A stretch of DNA of 64,000 nucleotides from an uncultured virus (IMG/VR IMGVR_UViG_3300023119_001136) (lineage: Duplodnaviria > Heunggongvirae > Uroviricota > Caudoviricetes): IMG/VR virus record IMGVR_UViG_3300023119_001136, positions 1 through 64,000 of that record. One strand, 5' to 3'. The first letter of the stretch is position 1; the number at the start of each line of letters is the position of its first letter. A model generated the notes under the pieces. It did no database searches. It was not told the origin of the DNA and was given only the letters and a program-made list of their open reading frames with translations. A program made the position numbers and the translations under genes. Positions 27,644 through 37,593 of this stretch are shown here, in pieces.

Positions 27644-28718
27644 TTTCGACTAACTCCTCGTGGTCATCTACTTCTTCTGTAGTGCCGGTATTTACCACAT
27701 TACGTTCTTTTTCGAGGTAATCCGTCATGACCTTGTCGAGTAATTCGCCTTTCCAGTTTTTACGATATTCTAACAATTCTTCGCCTGCTATTGTTGTATA
27801 TTTTAATCTATTGCCTTGTTTTTCGATCATGCCTTTTGCTTCAAATAACTCAACAAGTCCGCTGTAAGGATTCATACCTGTTTCATATGGAATCTTTACT
27901 TGTACACCTTCGAAAGGTTTAGCGTAACGTGTTTTCATTACCTTACAACCAGCACGAATACCACGTACATCACTTACTTTGTTACCATCTTCATCTTCTT
28001 TTAGTTTTAGTTTTTTCATTGCTACAACAATTGAAGATGCATAGATAAATCCTTGACCACCTGAGATTTTGTCATCTGGATCAAACATATCTTGCGATGC
28101 ATAAGTATGATTAGTACAAACAAGTCCTACATTATGTGAACCAATCATATTAACTGTGTTACGAACAAGTGCAGTAAGTTGCTTAGGTTTGCGACCCATA
28201 TCACCTTTCATATCACCTTTGTTAAACTGATCAATATCAGTAGGAGTAAGTAACATGCCTAATGAGTCAACAACAAACAATACTTTAGGACGATCTTCTT
28301 CAGACATATCTTTATAGTCTGCCATAAACGTACTAATAGTTTTAGCAACGTCATCGATCATTGACATGTTTAGTTTTAGAAGTTTTTCTTCTGAAGTATC
28401 TACATCAAGTGCTTGTAACCACGACTCGTCAAGTGCATTCTCTGAGTCAATAAGAACTACAAAGATACCCTGGTCTTGTGCTGCCTTGACAATGTTACCC
28501 GAACAGATATAAGATTTGCCTGCGCCAGACTCACCGGCGAAAACAGTAACTTTTCCCAATGGGACTCCCTTATGGAAGTCCCCTGAGATCAAATAGTTGA
28601 GTGCAAAGTTTCCTGTGCTGATCCAATCAGTTGGATCATTAAAACCTGCACTCATTCCGCTAATCGACTTTGTTAAATCTTTACGGAATTTACTTGGATC
28701 AAATGCCTTAATTGCCAT
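27636..28718 (-). CDS. uvsX: RecA-like recombinase
   Basis: GESGAGKS, DSENA, VVDSLG, NHTY, SGG. Confidence 0.94.
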   Translation of the reverse strand: MAIKAFDPSKFRKDLTKSISGMSAGFNDPTDWISTGNFALNYLISGDFHKGVPLGKVTVFAGESGAGKSYICSGNIVKAAQDQGIFVVLIDSENALDESWLQALDVDTSEEKLLKLNMSMIDDVAKTISTFMADYKDMSEEDRPKVLFVVDSLGMLLTPTDIDQFNKGDMKGDMGRKPKQLTALVRNTVNMIGSHNVGLVCTNHTYASQDMFDPDDKISGGQGFIYASSIVVAMKKLKLKEDEDGNKVSDVRGIRAGCKVMKTRYAKPFEGVQVKIPYETGMNPYSGLVELFEAKGMIEKQGNRLKYTTIAGEELLEYRKNWKGELLDKVMTDYLEKERNVVNTGTTEEVDDHEELVENE

Positions 28719-28909
28719 TAGTCACTCAAGTCCATTGATGTAAGTGAACGTACACCTTCGATCATTTCATCGGCAGTATTGTACATTACTTTGGCTGTAG
28801 AATAATCATCTTCATGATTTCTACCTGATACTTCAATGAAATATCCGTTATCTAGAATATTCACACTGAAATAATTGTCAATAGATTTTAATTTGTCAGA
28901 TACTTGCAT
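28718..28909 (-). CDS. Hypothetical protein
   Basis: 63-aa ORF with AGGAG. Confidence 0.7.
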   Translation of the reverse strand: MQVSDKLKSIDNYFSVNILDNGYFIEVSGRNHEDDYSTAKVMYNTADEMIEGVRSLTSMDLSD

Positions 28910-28923
28910 CCTTATCTCCTATT

Positions 28924-29949
28924 TTATTGGTTTTGTCTTGCACGGATCATTGCAAGAATGTCCTGTGCGCTTCCGCTTTCTTCTGCAGGTGCTGCTTCTG
29001 CTGCTGGAGCAGGTTCTGGCGTTGCTGCCGGAGCAGGATCTTGCCAACCTGTGTCAGTTACAGTTTCAGCAACTGGTGCTGCTGGTGCTGCTGGTGCCGG
29101 AGCACTTTGACTTACCGCAGTTGCTTGTGGACTTGCTTTTACGTTAGGATCACCTGTACGTGCTTGCATACCCGCTGGACGGAAGTATTGTGACCAACGT
29201 TCTGCATCGTATGCTTCACCGTCTACACTTGCTTCAAACATTTCAGTCAAAACCTTAACTTCAACTTCGCCTGGTTTTTTAGGCAGGAAGTCATTAAGAT
29301 TAAACAATCCATGTTCATTGACTGCATTCATTTCACTATCACTTAGTGGACGTTCGCGACGTGCCCAAGTTGACGTGCCATAATCAGCATAACCACCTTT
29401 TGAAGTTTTGTTAAGACGGAAATCTACACCAGCAGTATAGTCCGTTGGTAGTTCTTCCATATCAGGATCCATAAGAGCCTGTTTAATAATTTGGAAAATT
29501 TGTGGACCAATAATAAACCTACGAATTGGATTATTAGGAGTAGTATCTTCACTCAAAGGATTATCTGATACAAATCCTTGGAAGATATAAGAACGTTTCT
29601 TCCAATACTTACGACCCATATCTTCTAGACTTGGATCCTTAAACCAACCACGCACTTCTGCTAGAATTGGACATGATTCTCCATACATTTCCATACATGG
29701 AACTTGTACCTGTACTGGACGTGAATCTGTTTCGCCTTTTACGCCAGCAAACGGAAGTTTAATCATCAAACGTTCTTTCCAAAAGAAAGTATTTGAATCA
29801 TCGCCGTCTGGCAAGAAACGCATAGTTACACTATCGCCTTCCTTGATATTCCAAAATGGGTAAATTGCGTTATCGCCACCTGATGTCGTGCCACTTGAGC
29901 GATTTTCTTGTTCTTTTAACTTTGCACGAATTTCTGCTAATGATGCCAT
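28924..29949 (-). CDS. gp32: Single-stranded DNA-binding protein (T4 gp32-like)
   Basis: MRFLP, C...CP, KKRSY, G.QIF, DF.L.K...GGYADY..S; strong AAGGAGG. Confidence 0.9.
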   Translation of the reverse strand: MASLAEIRAKLKEQENRSSGTTSGGDNAIYPFWNIKEGDSVTMRFLPDGDDSNTFFWKERLMIKLPFAGVKGETDSRPVQVQVPCMEMYGESCPILAEVRGWFKDPSLEDMGRKYWKKRSYIFQGFVSDNPLSEDTTPNNPIRRFIIGPQIFQIIKQALMDPDMEELPTDYTAGVDFRLNKTSKGGYADYGTSTWARRERPLSDSEMNAVNEHGLFNLNDFLPKKPGEVEVKVLTEMFEASVDGEAYDAERWSQYFRPAGMQARTGDPNVKASPQATAVSQSAPAPAAPAAPVAETVTDTGWQDPAPAATPEPAPAAEAAPAEESGSAQDILAMIRARQNQ

Positions 29950-30010
29950 AGTAATGCCTCCTTATATATGCCTATGTTCTATGTGCCTTTATGTGTAGCA
30001 CATTATCTTT

Positions 30011-30059
30011 ATACTACACAAAGTTATTTATCTTGTCAACTGTTTTTTTTATTTTTTTT
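30011..30059 (-). promoter_or_regulatory. Composite promoter of gp32: A-tract UP element, sigma70 promoter and embedded late box
   Basis: TTGACA(30034-39)-17nt-TAGTAT(30011-16); TAAATA at 30025-30030; A-tracts upstream. Confidence 0.8.
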
Positions 30060-30190
30060 GGACTCGGACTACGCCGGGGCCCACTTGTCTACCTAGGCAG
30101 ACGGTTGGATGCCCCAAGGCGCTGTCACTGTTTCTACAAAGGGTCTTGCTAACCTTCGGTTAGGATCGTTAACAAGAGTATCTTTGCTCG
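30060..30190 (-). ncRNA. Candidate structured RNA (two long imperfect hairpins)
   Basis: GC-rich intergenic segment; stems 30067-30126 and 30136-30187; G-U pairs favour minus strand. Confidence 0.5.
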
Positions 30191-30196
30191 AAAATC

Positions 30197-31753
30197 TTAT
30201 ACTCCTGCTAACGCTTTAATTGCGTCTGTTTCAGGATGCATACTATTGTTTAATTCTTCAGCCTTACGTTGCGCAACCATAGCCTCTACTTTTTTAATCA
30301 TTTTAGCGGCAGGTTTGACATATTCGTCGCCGTAATCTTTTTGCACCGCAGTTAATACTGCTGTCTCGCCTTTTGGAAATTTGCCTGTTTCTCTGTCAAA
30401 ATAACTTAGAATAAATTCTCCAATTGGTGTTTTTGGTTTTTGTTGCATAGGCTCTTGATCGGGCGGAGCAATAGTCATTGTTGGCATATCATCTGATTCT
30501 GGAACGGCACTTGCCATTTCTTTACAATCTGAACATCTACCATGCCCGTCATAAACATCCATAATCGGAGCGCCGCAACAATTGCTTACCATTCCTTCTT
30601 CGTTTTCATCGCCTGGTGAATATGCTTCTTTTTCATCATCATCATTGCCTTCAGCAAATTGTCCCATTAGGGCATTAATTGCTGCTTCTAACATATCATT
30701 GATTGATTCTTGTTTTGCTTTTTCCTTACGTTCTTCAGCCTCTACACTAGCACTTTCTTCGCCTAGTAAATCATCTGGACCTAATTCTTCTGGCTTCATT
30801 GATTCGCCTACTAAGTTATAGATATAAGGAAATACATCTTTTAGTTCTTCGTTGAACTGTTTGATTGTAAGTTGATCAATCCAGCTATCTGCAATATCTT
30901 CCGGAACTTCTTTTGCTTCTGTTTCTACAAAATTTTCTTTAGCCTGTAAATAGTGTGATTCTTTTTGTAAATTTTGTATTGTTTTTCTAACTTCGTTTAC
31001 TCTTTCACTTACTACATCCATGTAGCCTGCTAAACTTTCAGCCATTACACTTGAACGATTCATATACTTTTTAAATGAATTAAGTTTACTTAATTCTTCT
31101 GACAAACCGGAGATATATTTGCCAAACGAATCATACGCATTACCACCTTCACTAACATGTCTTGCCATTGCTCTTGCACCGCTTAGATGTATAAAAGGAT
31201 ATTTAAATCTTTCTCCATCTGCACTTTCAATGTAGATTGCGCCAATCTTTTTTGTACGATTTTCACCTTCTTCAATTGGTGCTGTATGTTTAATAGCAAG
31301 TCTTGCATTACCTATTTTTTGATAACTTGTTTTGTTAGTTCCATACATTCTTGATTCTGACATGGGATTCTCCGATTTGCGATTTGTGGCTAAAAAGTCA
31401 TAATCTCTTTTGTTTAGATTTGATTTATTAATGTCTCTTACTGAAAACTTCATGAGCCTTTTTTTAGCAAAAGTACGTAATTCTTTAAGAAAATTATACC
31501 ATTCTGTTTGTACATTTTGCTCTTCGTTTGATACAATATCTCTGCCTACAATTACTACCAGTCCTTCGTCAGTATCTAAATTGATACTTACTTTGCCTAA
31601 ATCACGTCCTTCATTATAATAACCAAAATCAAAAAAACGTGCTTCTGTAGGTTCGTTGGTTATTTCACCGTTTTCGTTGCCAATTGTTACGCTAGGAAAA
31701 CGACCTCTAATTTTATTAAATAGGTCAGATGCTATATTGTCAAAGTTCTGCAT
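30197..31753 (-). CDS. Hypothetical late protein, probable prohead core/internal protein with a small Cys cluster
   Basis: Glu-rich; late box 5 nt before ATG 31753; SNCCGAP...CSDC. Confidence 0.7.
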   Translation of the reverse strand: MQNFDNIASDLFNKIRGRFPSVTIGNENGEITNEPTEARFFDFGYYNEGRDLGKVSINLDTDEGLVVIVGRDIVSNEEQNVQTEWYNFLKELRTFAKKRLMKFSVRDINKSNLNKRDYDFLATNRKSENPMSESRMYGTNKTSYQKIGNARLAIKHTAPIEEGENRTKKIGAIYIESADGERFKYPFIHLSGARAMARHVSEGGNAYDSFGKYISGLSEELSKLNSFKKYMNRSSVMAESLAGYMDVVSERVNEVRKTIQNLQKESHYLQAKENFVETEAKEVPEDIADSWIDQLTIKQFNEELKDVFPYIYNLVGESMKPEELGPDDLLGEESASVEAEERKEKAKQESINDMLEAAINALMGQFAEGNDDDEKEAYSPGDENEEGMVSNCCGAPIMDVYDGHGRCSDCKEMASAVPESDDMPTMTIAPPDQEPMQQKPKTPIGEFILSYFDRETGKFPKGETAVLTAVQKDYGDEYVKPAAKMIKKVEAMVAQRKAEELNNSMHPETDAIKALAGV

Positions 31754-31764
31754 AGTATTATTTA

Positions 31765-33351
31765 TCAATAGTTGCTGCTAATAAAGATAGGCATTGGGGG
31801 TTCGTAATCTTCTTCTCCAGCCCCGTCCATTTGTGAAAAAGAATTATAAATGTTTACATCCCAATCTTTCATTACATTTATCATACGTAATGCAAGAAGC
31901 ATACTGCTGACTAAGTCATCTGTTTGACCCGGCTTTGCTTGATAACTGCTTCCTGTTGCAACATAGTTTTTTAGTTCTGATATAAATGGTTTACTACGAA
32001 CAATAAGTTTATTATTTTCTATCATAGTTTTCATTCTAGCACATGCAGTAACTTTTGCACTGTGCGTTGTATTAAATCCTTTACGGAATTTACGAACATG
32101 TCCTTTTCTAATAGGTTCACTAATAAACAACCCAGGTATCTGCTCTTCACCTAGATCAGCAATAACAAGTAGTGCTGCTTCACCTAATCCGTTATTTTCA
32201 ACACTCCAATATATACCGTTATCAGTTTTTCTTTCTGTTTCTAAGTACGTGCAAATATCTCGAAGCACTCTAATTTGTCCAGGAATACCTGTTGTATTAT
32301 GTTGCCATTCTCCTACTTGTTCGTATGTAGGTAATTCTACGATCTGTATTGCTGCATTATCACCTCCTGTGCCCATTGAAGGATCTAATGCAATAGCATA
32401 ATTATACTTGGCATTAGGTTTTTTATACCAACGAGTTTGCCCCATATTAATTGTAGGCGAAACGCCTTCCATGGTTGCAAGATGTAAACTTGCTATAAGT
32501 GTTTCGTCAAATACTAAGAATTCACAACCATATTCTCTACGGAAGCGCTCTTCTCCAATACGTCCAATTTCGTCTTCTTTCCATTTTTCATCACGGTCAG
32601 GATGCTCGTCCCAGTTTGCAAGAAAACTATGAAATCCGTTTCTTCCTGTTTCGCTTTCGTTTCCGAACTCGTCAAATTTATCTTCTGCTAGTTTCCAAAT
32701 ATTAGCAAACGTATCTTCGTCTGAGTTTGGCGTGCTTGTTATAATAGCACGACCACCTGTTGCTAGTGTAGGTGATATTGAAGTCCAAAATTCATCTGCA
32801 ATGTTAGGTTGCACAAATGCAAACTCGTCACAATATAGTAACGAAATAGACATACCGCGTCCAGTAGTGCCTGTTGTTGTTTGGCTTACTATACGTGATC
32901 CATTTTCAAATTCTATTGAGCCCTTATTATAGGATACAACACCTGCTCTAATATGATCAGGACATAATTCATATACATAACGAATACGCTGCATAATTTC
33001 TTGTGCACCTGTATATTTGTGTGCAGCAATTAGAATAGTTTGATCAGGATTAAACATTGCATACCAAGCAAGATAGATAGCAGCACAAGTAGTTTTTCCT
33101 GTTTGTCTAGGCATCATGTTTATATTAAATCTATAACTGTGATAGGAATGCATTAAGCGCAATTGATACTCATAGGGTTCAAATAACAATTTGCCTTTTA
33201 CAGGATGTTGAATGTAAGCAAATTGTCTTGCAAAGTACAGATATCCTTCATCAGGATCCATGCAATTCATGAGATCCTGTATTTGGTTTTCGTTAAATGT
33301 TTCTTGCTTATTAGCCTTTTTGACTAATACTCCGTCAAGTGATTTACTCAT
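31765..33351 (-). CDS. gp17: Terminase large subunit
   Basis: PRQTGKT, LYCDEFAF, TSTPN, FRREY, LDPS.G.G.D, DDLV; start moved to MSKS. Confidence 0.96.
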   Translation of the reverse strand: MSKSLDGVLVKKANKQETFNENQIQDLMNCMDPDEGYLYFARQFAYIQHPVKGKLLFEPYEYQLRLMHSYHSYRFNINMMPRQTGKTTCAAIYLAWYAMFNPDQTILIAAHKYTGAQEIMQRIRYVYELCPDHIRAGVVSYNKGSIEFENGSRIVSQTTTGTTGRGMSISLLYCDEFAFVQPNIADEFWTSISPTLATGGRAIITSTPNSDEDTFANIWKLAEDKFDEFGNESETGRNGFHSFLANWDEHPDRDEKWKEDEIGRIGEERFRREYGCEFLVFDETLIASLHLATMEGVSPTINMGQTRWYKKPNAKYNYAIALDPSMGTGGDNAAIQIVELPTYEQVGEWQHNTTGIPGQIRVLRDICTYLETERKTDNGIYWSVENNGLGEAALLVIADLGEEQIPGLFISEPIRKGHVRKFRKGFNTTHSAKVTACARMKTMIENNKLIVRSKPFISELKNYVATGSSYQAKPGQTDDLVSSMLLALRMINVMKDWDVNIYNSFSQMDGAGEEDYEPPMPIFISSNY

Positions 33352-33366
33352 ACAATATTTAGTCAC

Positions 33367-33391
33367 AAAAATAGCGCCCTAAGGCGCTATT
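33367..33391 (-). terminator. Intrinsic terminator
   Basis: ATAGCGCC-TTAG-GGCGCTAT followed by T run. Confidence 0.75.
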
Positions 33392-33405
33392 GATGTCTGG
33401 GGGGT

Positions 33406-34515
33406 TTAAAGACCTGCTAGTTTTGTTAGCAAGTTCAATGCTTGTTGTTCGTTTTTCTGTGGTTTATCTTTAGAAATAGCTTTCGCTACTTTTTCACGAC
33501 GATTCTTTAGATAGTCATCGGTTTTGTCTTTTTTACCATCATTGTTAACATCATCGTCTTCTTTACCTACTGGATCAAGTTTGTTTTTCTTTTCATTTAA
33601 TGCTGCTAATAGTCTGGCTTTCATTTCTGTTGCCATTGGATTATCTCCTCCTGCTGCCGGCTTATACATTTTTTTGGCTCTGTTTAAGCCATGTGATAGT
33701 GACTTTGTCATATACTTTGTATCCATATATGATTCTTCACCTTCCGAACCTGCTGGAGTGTTTTCCCATTCTTCAACTGATTCTTCATCTTTGTCTTTTT
33801 TCATTAATGCTGCTGCACCTGCTGCACCGGCACCTGCTGCTGCCGCTGCTGGAGCATACTTACCAATTTTTGCACCAATTTCTGCACCTTTTGTGGCACC
33901 CATTGATGCACCTGCTGCGCCGCCCATTGGACCTGCTTTTGTAGCACCATATGCTGCGCCTGCTGCTTGGCCTACTGATTTTCCAACATTGCTACCGATT
34001 TCAGCACCTTTGTCCATTACGCCTTTTGCAAAGTCTGAAATTGCACCTGCTGCAAGATCTTGATCATCTGGATCTCCATCTCTTCCTGGAATGCTTGGAT
34101 CGTCATAATCAACATCAGTAATCTCGTCACCTGCTGCTGCGCCGCCCAATGCTCCTAATGCTGCACCAGGTACGCCGCCTAATGCGCCGCCTGCTAGTCC
34201 ACCAACTGCTGCACCACCTAATTTGCCCAACAATCCTGCTTTTAGATCCATGTCTCCTGGCACATCGTCGATACCCGGAATGGTCGGATCATCATCCATT
34301 GCTGCTGGCATACGCATTGATCCACCTTTAATGCCTGCTAGTGCTTGCATTACTTGTGCCATCGAATCTGTATCGCCTGAAATATTAATAGTAAGCGGGC
34401 CTTCTGCTTCAGCCATGTCTGGTGGACATTCTACAACAAATGACTCGTTTAAGTTTTCTTTCTTTTCAACACTGTCAAAACCTTGTAAAATGTTCAGCAT
34501 ATTTTGATCAGCCAT
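33406..34515 (-). CDS. Probable internal head/ejection protein with Gly/Ala-zipper segments
   Basis: LNE sites; [16 protein letters not shown]-terminal [15 protein letters not shown]. Confidence 0.65.
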   Translation of the reverse strand: MADQNMLNILQGFDSVEKKENLNESFVVECPPDMAEAEGPLTINISGDTDSMAQVMQALAGIKGGSMRMPAAMDDDPTIPGIDDVPGDMDLKAGLLGKLGGAAVGGLAGGALGGVPGAALGALGGAAAGDEITDVDYDDPSIPGRDGDPDDQDLAAGAISDFAKGVMDKGAEIGSNVGKSVGQAAGAAYGATKAGPMGGAAGASMGATKGAEIGAKIGKYAPAAAAAGAGAAGAAALMKKDKDEESVEEWENTPAGSEGEESYMDTKYMTKSLSHGLNRAKKMYKPAAGGDNPMATEMKARLLAALNEKKNKLDPVGKEDDDVNNDGKKDKTDDYLKNRREKVAKAISKDKPQKNEQQALNLLTKLAGL

Positions 34516-34516
34516 A

Positions 34517-35062
34517 TTAACCTCCTATAACACTTTCTGTGTTTTGTGGCTCTTCTTTAACTGGTTCTGCTTTGTGTGCATTACCTTCTTGTTTTTCTTT
34601 ACGAGCAGTTTCTAATTCTTTTAAAAGATCCATTATTCTTTTTTCGCCTACTTGATCTTGTGCAGATTCGCCTTCTAATTCTTCTGTAGTTAGCATAGGC
34701 TCATATGTTTTTTCTTCTACTTGTTCTTGATATGCTTCTTGTGCTTCTCCTGGACTGCGTACAATTACGTATCCTGGCTGACATGCACAGCATTGTTCAA
34801 TATATTCCTGTAATATTAAAGTAGTAGTTGGGTAGCCTAATTCACACTCCCAATAAGTTACTTCCATATTTTCTAGTTGTGGGAAATCTAATGGACGTTC
34901 TTGAATAGGTGTTTTTTTACCTGAACTGCAATTTGCTACTTCAAATTTTCCTAAACACGCTTTCATTTGAGATTCAAAATCGTCAGCCAAATCACCTGCT
35001 ACTCCTATTTTAAAAGGATAGGTTTTCTTGGCTTCTGTTAAATATTCTTTAAATTGTTTCAT
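34517..35062 (-). CDS. Hypothetical, probable head-internal protein
   Basis: N-terminus [11 protein letters not shown] resembles the T4 capsid-targeting sequence; late box 35087-35092. Confidence 0.65.
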   Translation of the reverse strand: MKQFKEYLTEAKKTYPFKIGVAGDLADDFESQMKACLGKFEVANCSSGKKTPIQERPLDFPQLENMEVTYWECELGYPTTTLILQEYIEQCCACQPGYVIVRSPGEAQEAYQEQVEEKTYEPMLTTEELEGESAQDQVGEKRIMDLLKELETARKEKQEGNAHKAEPVKEEPQNTESVIGG

Positions 35063-35085
35063 AGTAATGGATCCTGTTACTAGTA

Positions 35086-35583
35086 TTATTTATCCTTATC
35101 CATGCCTTTTAACTTTTCTAGTAGGCTATTTCTGTCAGTTACAACATAGCCGTCACCTTCTGTAAATCCATGGTCGATAGTATCGCTATCTAGTTTTTGT
35201 TTCTTAAGTTGCAATTCTATCATTTTTAATTTTTTATCAATTTTAGCAGTCTTTGCATCTAGGTTTGTTTTAAGCATTGTGCCTGCAACTTCAAATACTC
35301 TACCAGAATAACGTGACTCAACATTCATACCTAAATCCATTAGATCTTCATATGCTTGCATTGCTTTATCAGCAACCTCATTAAGTTCAGTATCTGCCAT
35401 TTCCCCTAGTCCTTTTACAGCGGGTAATGCACTTGCTATCTTATCAAATTCTTCTATGTCTCGAAAAGTTTGCTCTTGTTGTACAAGTGCTTGCTTATCT
35501 TCTTTTCTTTGTTGACGTTCTTGCTCTTTGATTATTTCTTTTGAATCTGGCAAGTTTAAAAGATCTTCTAGTTTTTTACTCAT
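35086..35583 (-). CDS. gp16: Probable terminase small subunit
   Basis: RVFEVAGTMLK coiled coil like marine T4-like gp16; upstream of gp17; late box. Confidence 0.6.
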   Translation of the reverse strand: MSKKLEDLLNLPDSKEIIKEQERQQRKEDKQALVQQEQTFRDIEEFDKIASALPAVKGLGEMADTELNEVADKAMQAYEDLMDLGMNVESRYSGRVFEVAGTMLKTNLDAKTAKIDKKLKMIELQLKKQKLDSDTIDHGFTEGDGYVVTDRNSLLEKLKGMDKDK

Positions 35584-35590
35584 ATAATAT

Positions 35591-36025
35591 TTAGCGCCCG
35601 CCTGTGTGGAACATATCTTTTTCAGTTATGATTCTAAAAGCAATACCTTTAGATTTACACCAGTTTCTAGCCGCTTCCCATTTTACTTGATTCAATGCCC
35701 AATGCAATTGATTTCTTCTGTTACGTCCTGTTTTTTCTTTTAATGTATGCATTTCAGGCTTTATTTCTATTACTTCAGTTTTTTGTTTACCATTTTGATC
35801 TACATAGTGTATAAAAAAGTCAGGTACATAAATTGTTTGTTTGCCAGTAAAAGGATTTCTATAAGGAATCTTAATCGCTTCACTGGCCCACTTGTATATA
35901 CTTGGATTCTCGTCACAAAACTTCATAAAGTGAAATTCCCAACTGCTACGATATGTAGGCATACTACCGCCTATATATTTGTCAGGGTTTTTTGGTCTGA
36001 ATTTACCCTGAGCATACTTGGTCAT
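35591..36025 (-). CDS. gp4: Head completion nuclease (T4 gp4-like)
   Basis: YRSSWE..FM..CD, WASE...IPY, YVPDF, IEIKP. Confidence 0.9.
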   Translation of the reverse strand: MTKYAQGKFRPKNPDKYIGGSMPTYRSSWEFHFMKFCDENPSIYKWASEAIKIPYRNPFTGKQTIYVPDFFIHYVDQNGKQKTEVIEIKPEMHTLKEKTGRNRRNQLHWALNQVKWEAARNWCKSKGIAFRIITEKDMFHTGGR

Positions 36026-37584
36026 TATCTTCTACCTATTTGTCCTACAATAGATAGGTTGAACGGTGTAAATAGATATCTATTTGGGCCATTTAAGATC
36101 CCAGATGTGTCTTGGTAATTATCTGTAGTACCATCAGTATAAAGTTTTCCAGTCTGTGCGTTATTATGAATATATGTTCTAATTTGTTCAGGTGTTGCTC
36201 CTGGATTTGCCTGTAGTATAGTAGCAATTACACCACAAACTTGTGGTGAAGCCATACTTGTACCGCTTATATTCATTTGTCTAAAAGAACTGTTTAGATG
36301 ATAAGCACCTGTTGTAAATTCATTTGTATTACTACTAGCACTCATAATGTCTGAACCTGGTGCATAGATATCAACTCCTGGACCTTTTTCGGAAGAGGAT
36401 CTTAATCTTTCTAATGTATCGTTGTGCATATCTGCTTCAATGTTTCCAGTCATTAATGCTCGTGTACTGTATGGTGAACTTCCTCTATGATAGTATGTTG
36501 TACCGCTACTAAGCACAGCAAAATTATCATAATCTAAACCACCACTTACATCTACTTTATGTGCTCTATTTCCTGCTGCAATACAAACATGAACTCCTGC
36601 ATCAATTAATTCTTCTACATCTGTGTCAACGCTTGCAATACGTACATTTGTTTGGTATGTGCTAAGTCCTACCAAATTCGGCACTAGCCCAAAATCGTAC
36701 CATTGATCAGTTGTTGCTATTGCTGTGCCTGTTTCTGATACACCTCTATAGTTTATTTCACTTACGCTTGTATAACTTCTACCATAACCCCAACTCATAT
36801 TTACAACAGTTGGTCTTTTCTTTCCAGTAGTAGGACTTACTGGCTTTGCATTATGCCATTCTTTAATAACATCAAAGCAATCAGTGACACTGATACCAGT
36901 GCCACTGTCGCCTGAACCTTCCAAGCCACTAACCTTTACACTATAAATTTCTGCTGCTTTTGCCCAGCCGTATGTTTTACCTGCTGCAATACCTCCACAG
37001 TGTGTGCCATGCCCATTGTAATCTCTATAATGATTTGCGTTTTGTGTACCGCCGCCGCTAAATCCATCATACCAATCAATTGCTTGTGTTCTATACCCGC
37101 CAAATTCATCTGTAAATTCAGGATGATCCATTTGCAATCCACTGTCTTGAATAACAACATCTACACCTGATCCATCTAAACTATATCTAAACGGTTCGGT
37201 AGAATTAGGTGTTGCGTTCAATGTGTTAGGATAAGGATTATTTGCAAAATGACAACGATACAATCCCCAGTTTGTGTAATCACCTGTGTCGCTACTTGTC
37301 TTTTGCCAGTTAGCATCTTGTGTTGCAAAATGTCCAATTTCTAAAGTATCATCCTGATCAGGTGGCACTGCTACATCCATTACTCTAGAATCATTTTTAA
37401 GTGCTTCTGCTTCTGCTTCAGACAAAGCATAGTGAGTATTACGGTTACTTGCTAATCTTGCATTTGCAACATCAACACTTCTATTAGGAACAGTTGATGA
37501 GCCTGTACTTTGTGTCATTTCTGCTGCAAAACTAGCAGGATCTACACCTTTGTTTAGTGTTACAATATATTCTTTTTCACTCAT
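36025..37584 (-). CDS. Subtilisin-like S8 serine protease
   Basis: IQDSG, HGTHCGG, AAGN, SGTSMASP; N-terminal propeptide-like region. Confidence 0.93.
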   Translation of the reverse strand: MSEKEYIVTLNKGVDPASFAAEMTQSTGSSTVPNRSVDVANARLASNRNTHYALSEAEAEALKNDSRVMDVAVPPDQDDTLEIGHFATQDANWQKTSSDTGDYTNWGLYRCHFANNPYPNTLNATPNSTEPFRYSLDGSGVDVVIQDSGLQMDHPEFTDEFGGYRTQAIDWYDGFSGGGTQNANHYRDYNGHGTHCGGIAAGKTYGWAKAAEIYSVKVSGLEGSGDSGTGISVTDCFDVIKEWHNAKPVSPTTGKKRPTVVNMSWGYGRSYTSVSEINYRGVSETGTAIATTDQWYDFGLVPNLVGLSTYQTNVRIASVDTDVEELIDAGVHVCIAAGNRAHKVDVSGGLDYDNFAVLSSGTTYYHRGSSPYSTRALMTGNIEADMHNDTLERLRSSSEKGPGVDIYAPGSDIMSASSNTNEFTTGAYHLNSSFRQMNISGTSMASPQVCGVIATILQANPGATPEQIRTYIHNNAQTGKLYTDGTTDNYQDTSGILNGPNRYLFTPFNLSIVGQIGRR

Positions 37585-37593
37585 GATATGTCC

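Noticed and set aside
30040..30126. Hairpin plus T-run as an intrinsic terminator
   Set aside because: The T-run is on the wrong side for either strand; it reads better as an A-tract UP element of the gp32 promoter
35591..36025. TnsA-like transposase or homing endonuclease
   Set aside because: Size, motifs and position match the T4 gp4 head-completion nuclease; no transposon ends or partner genes
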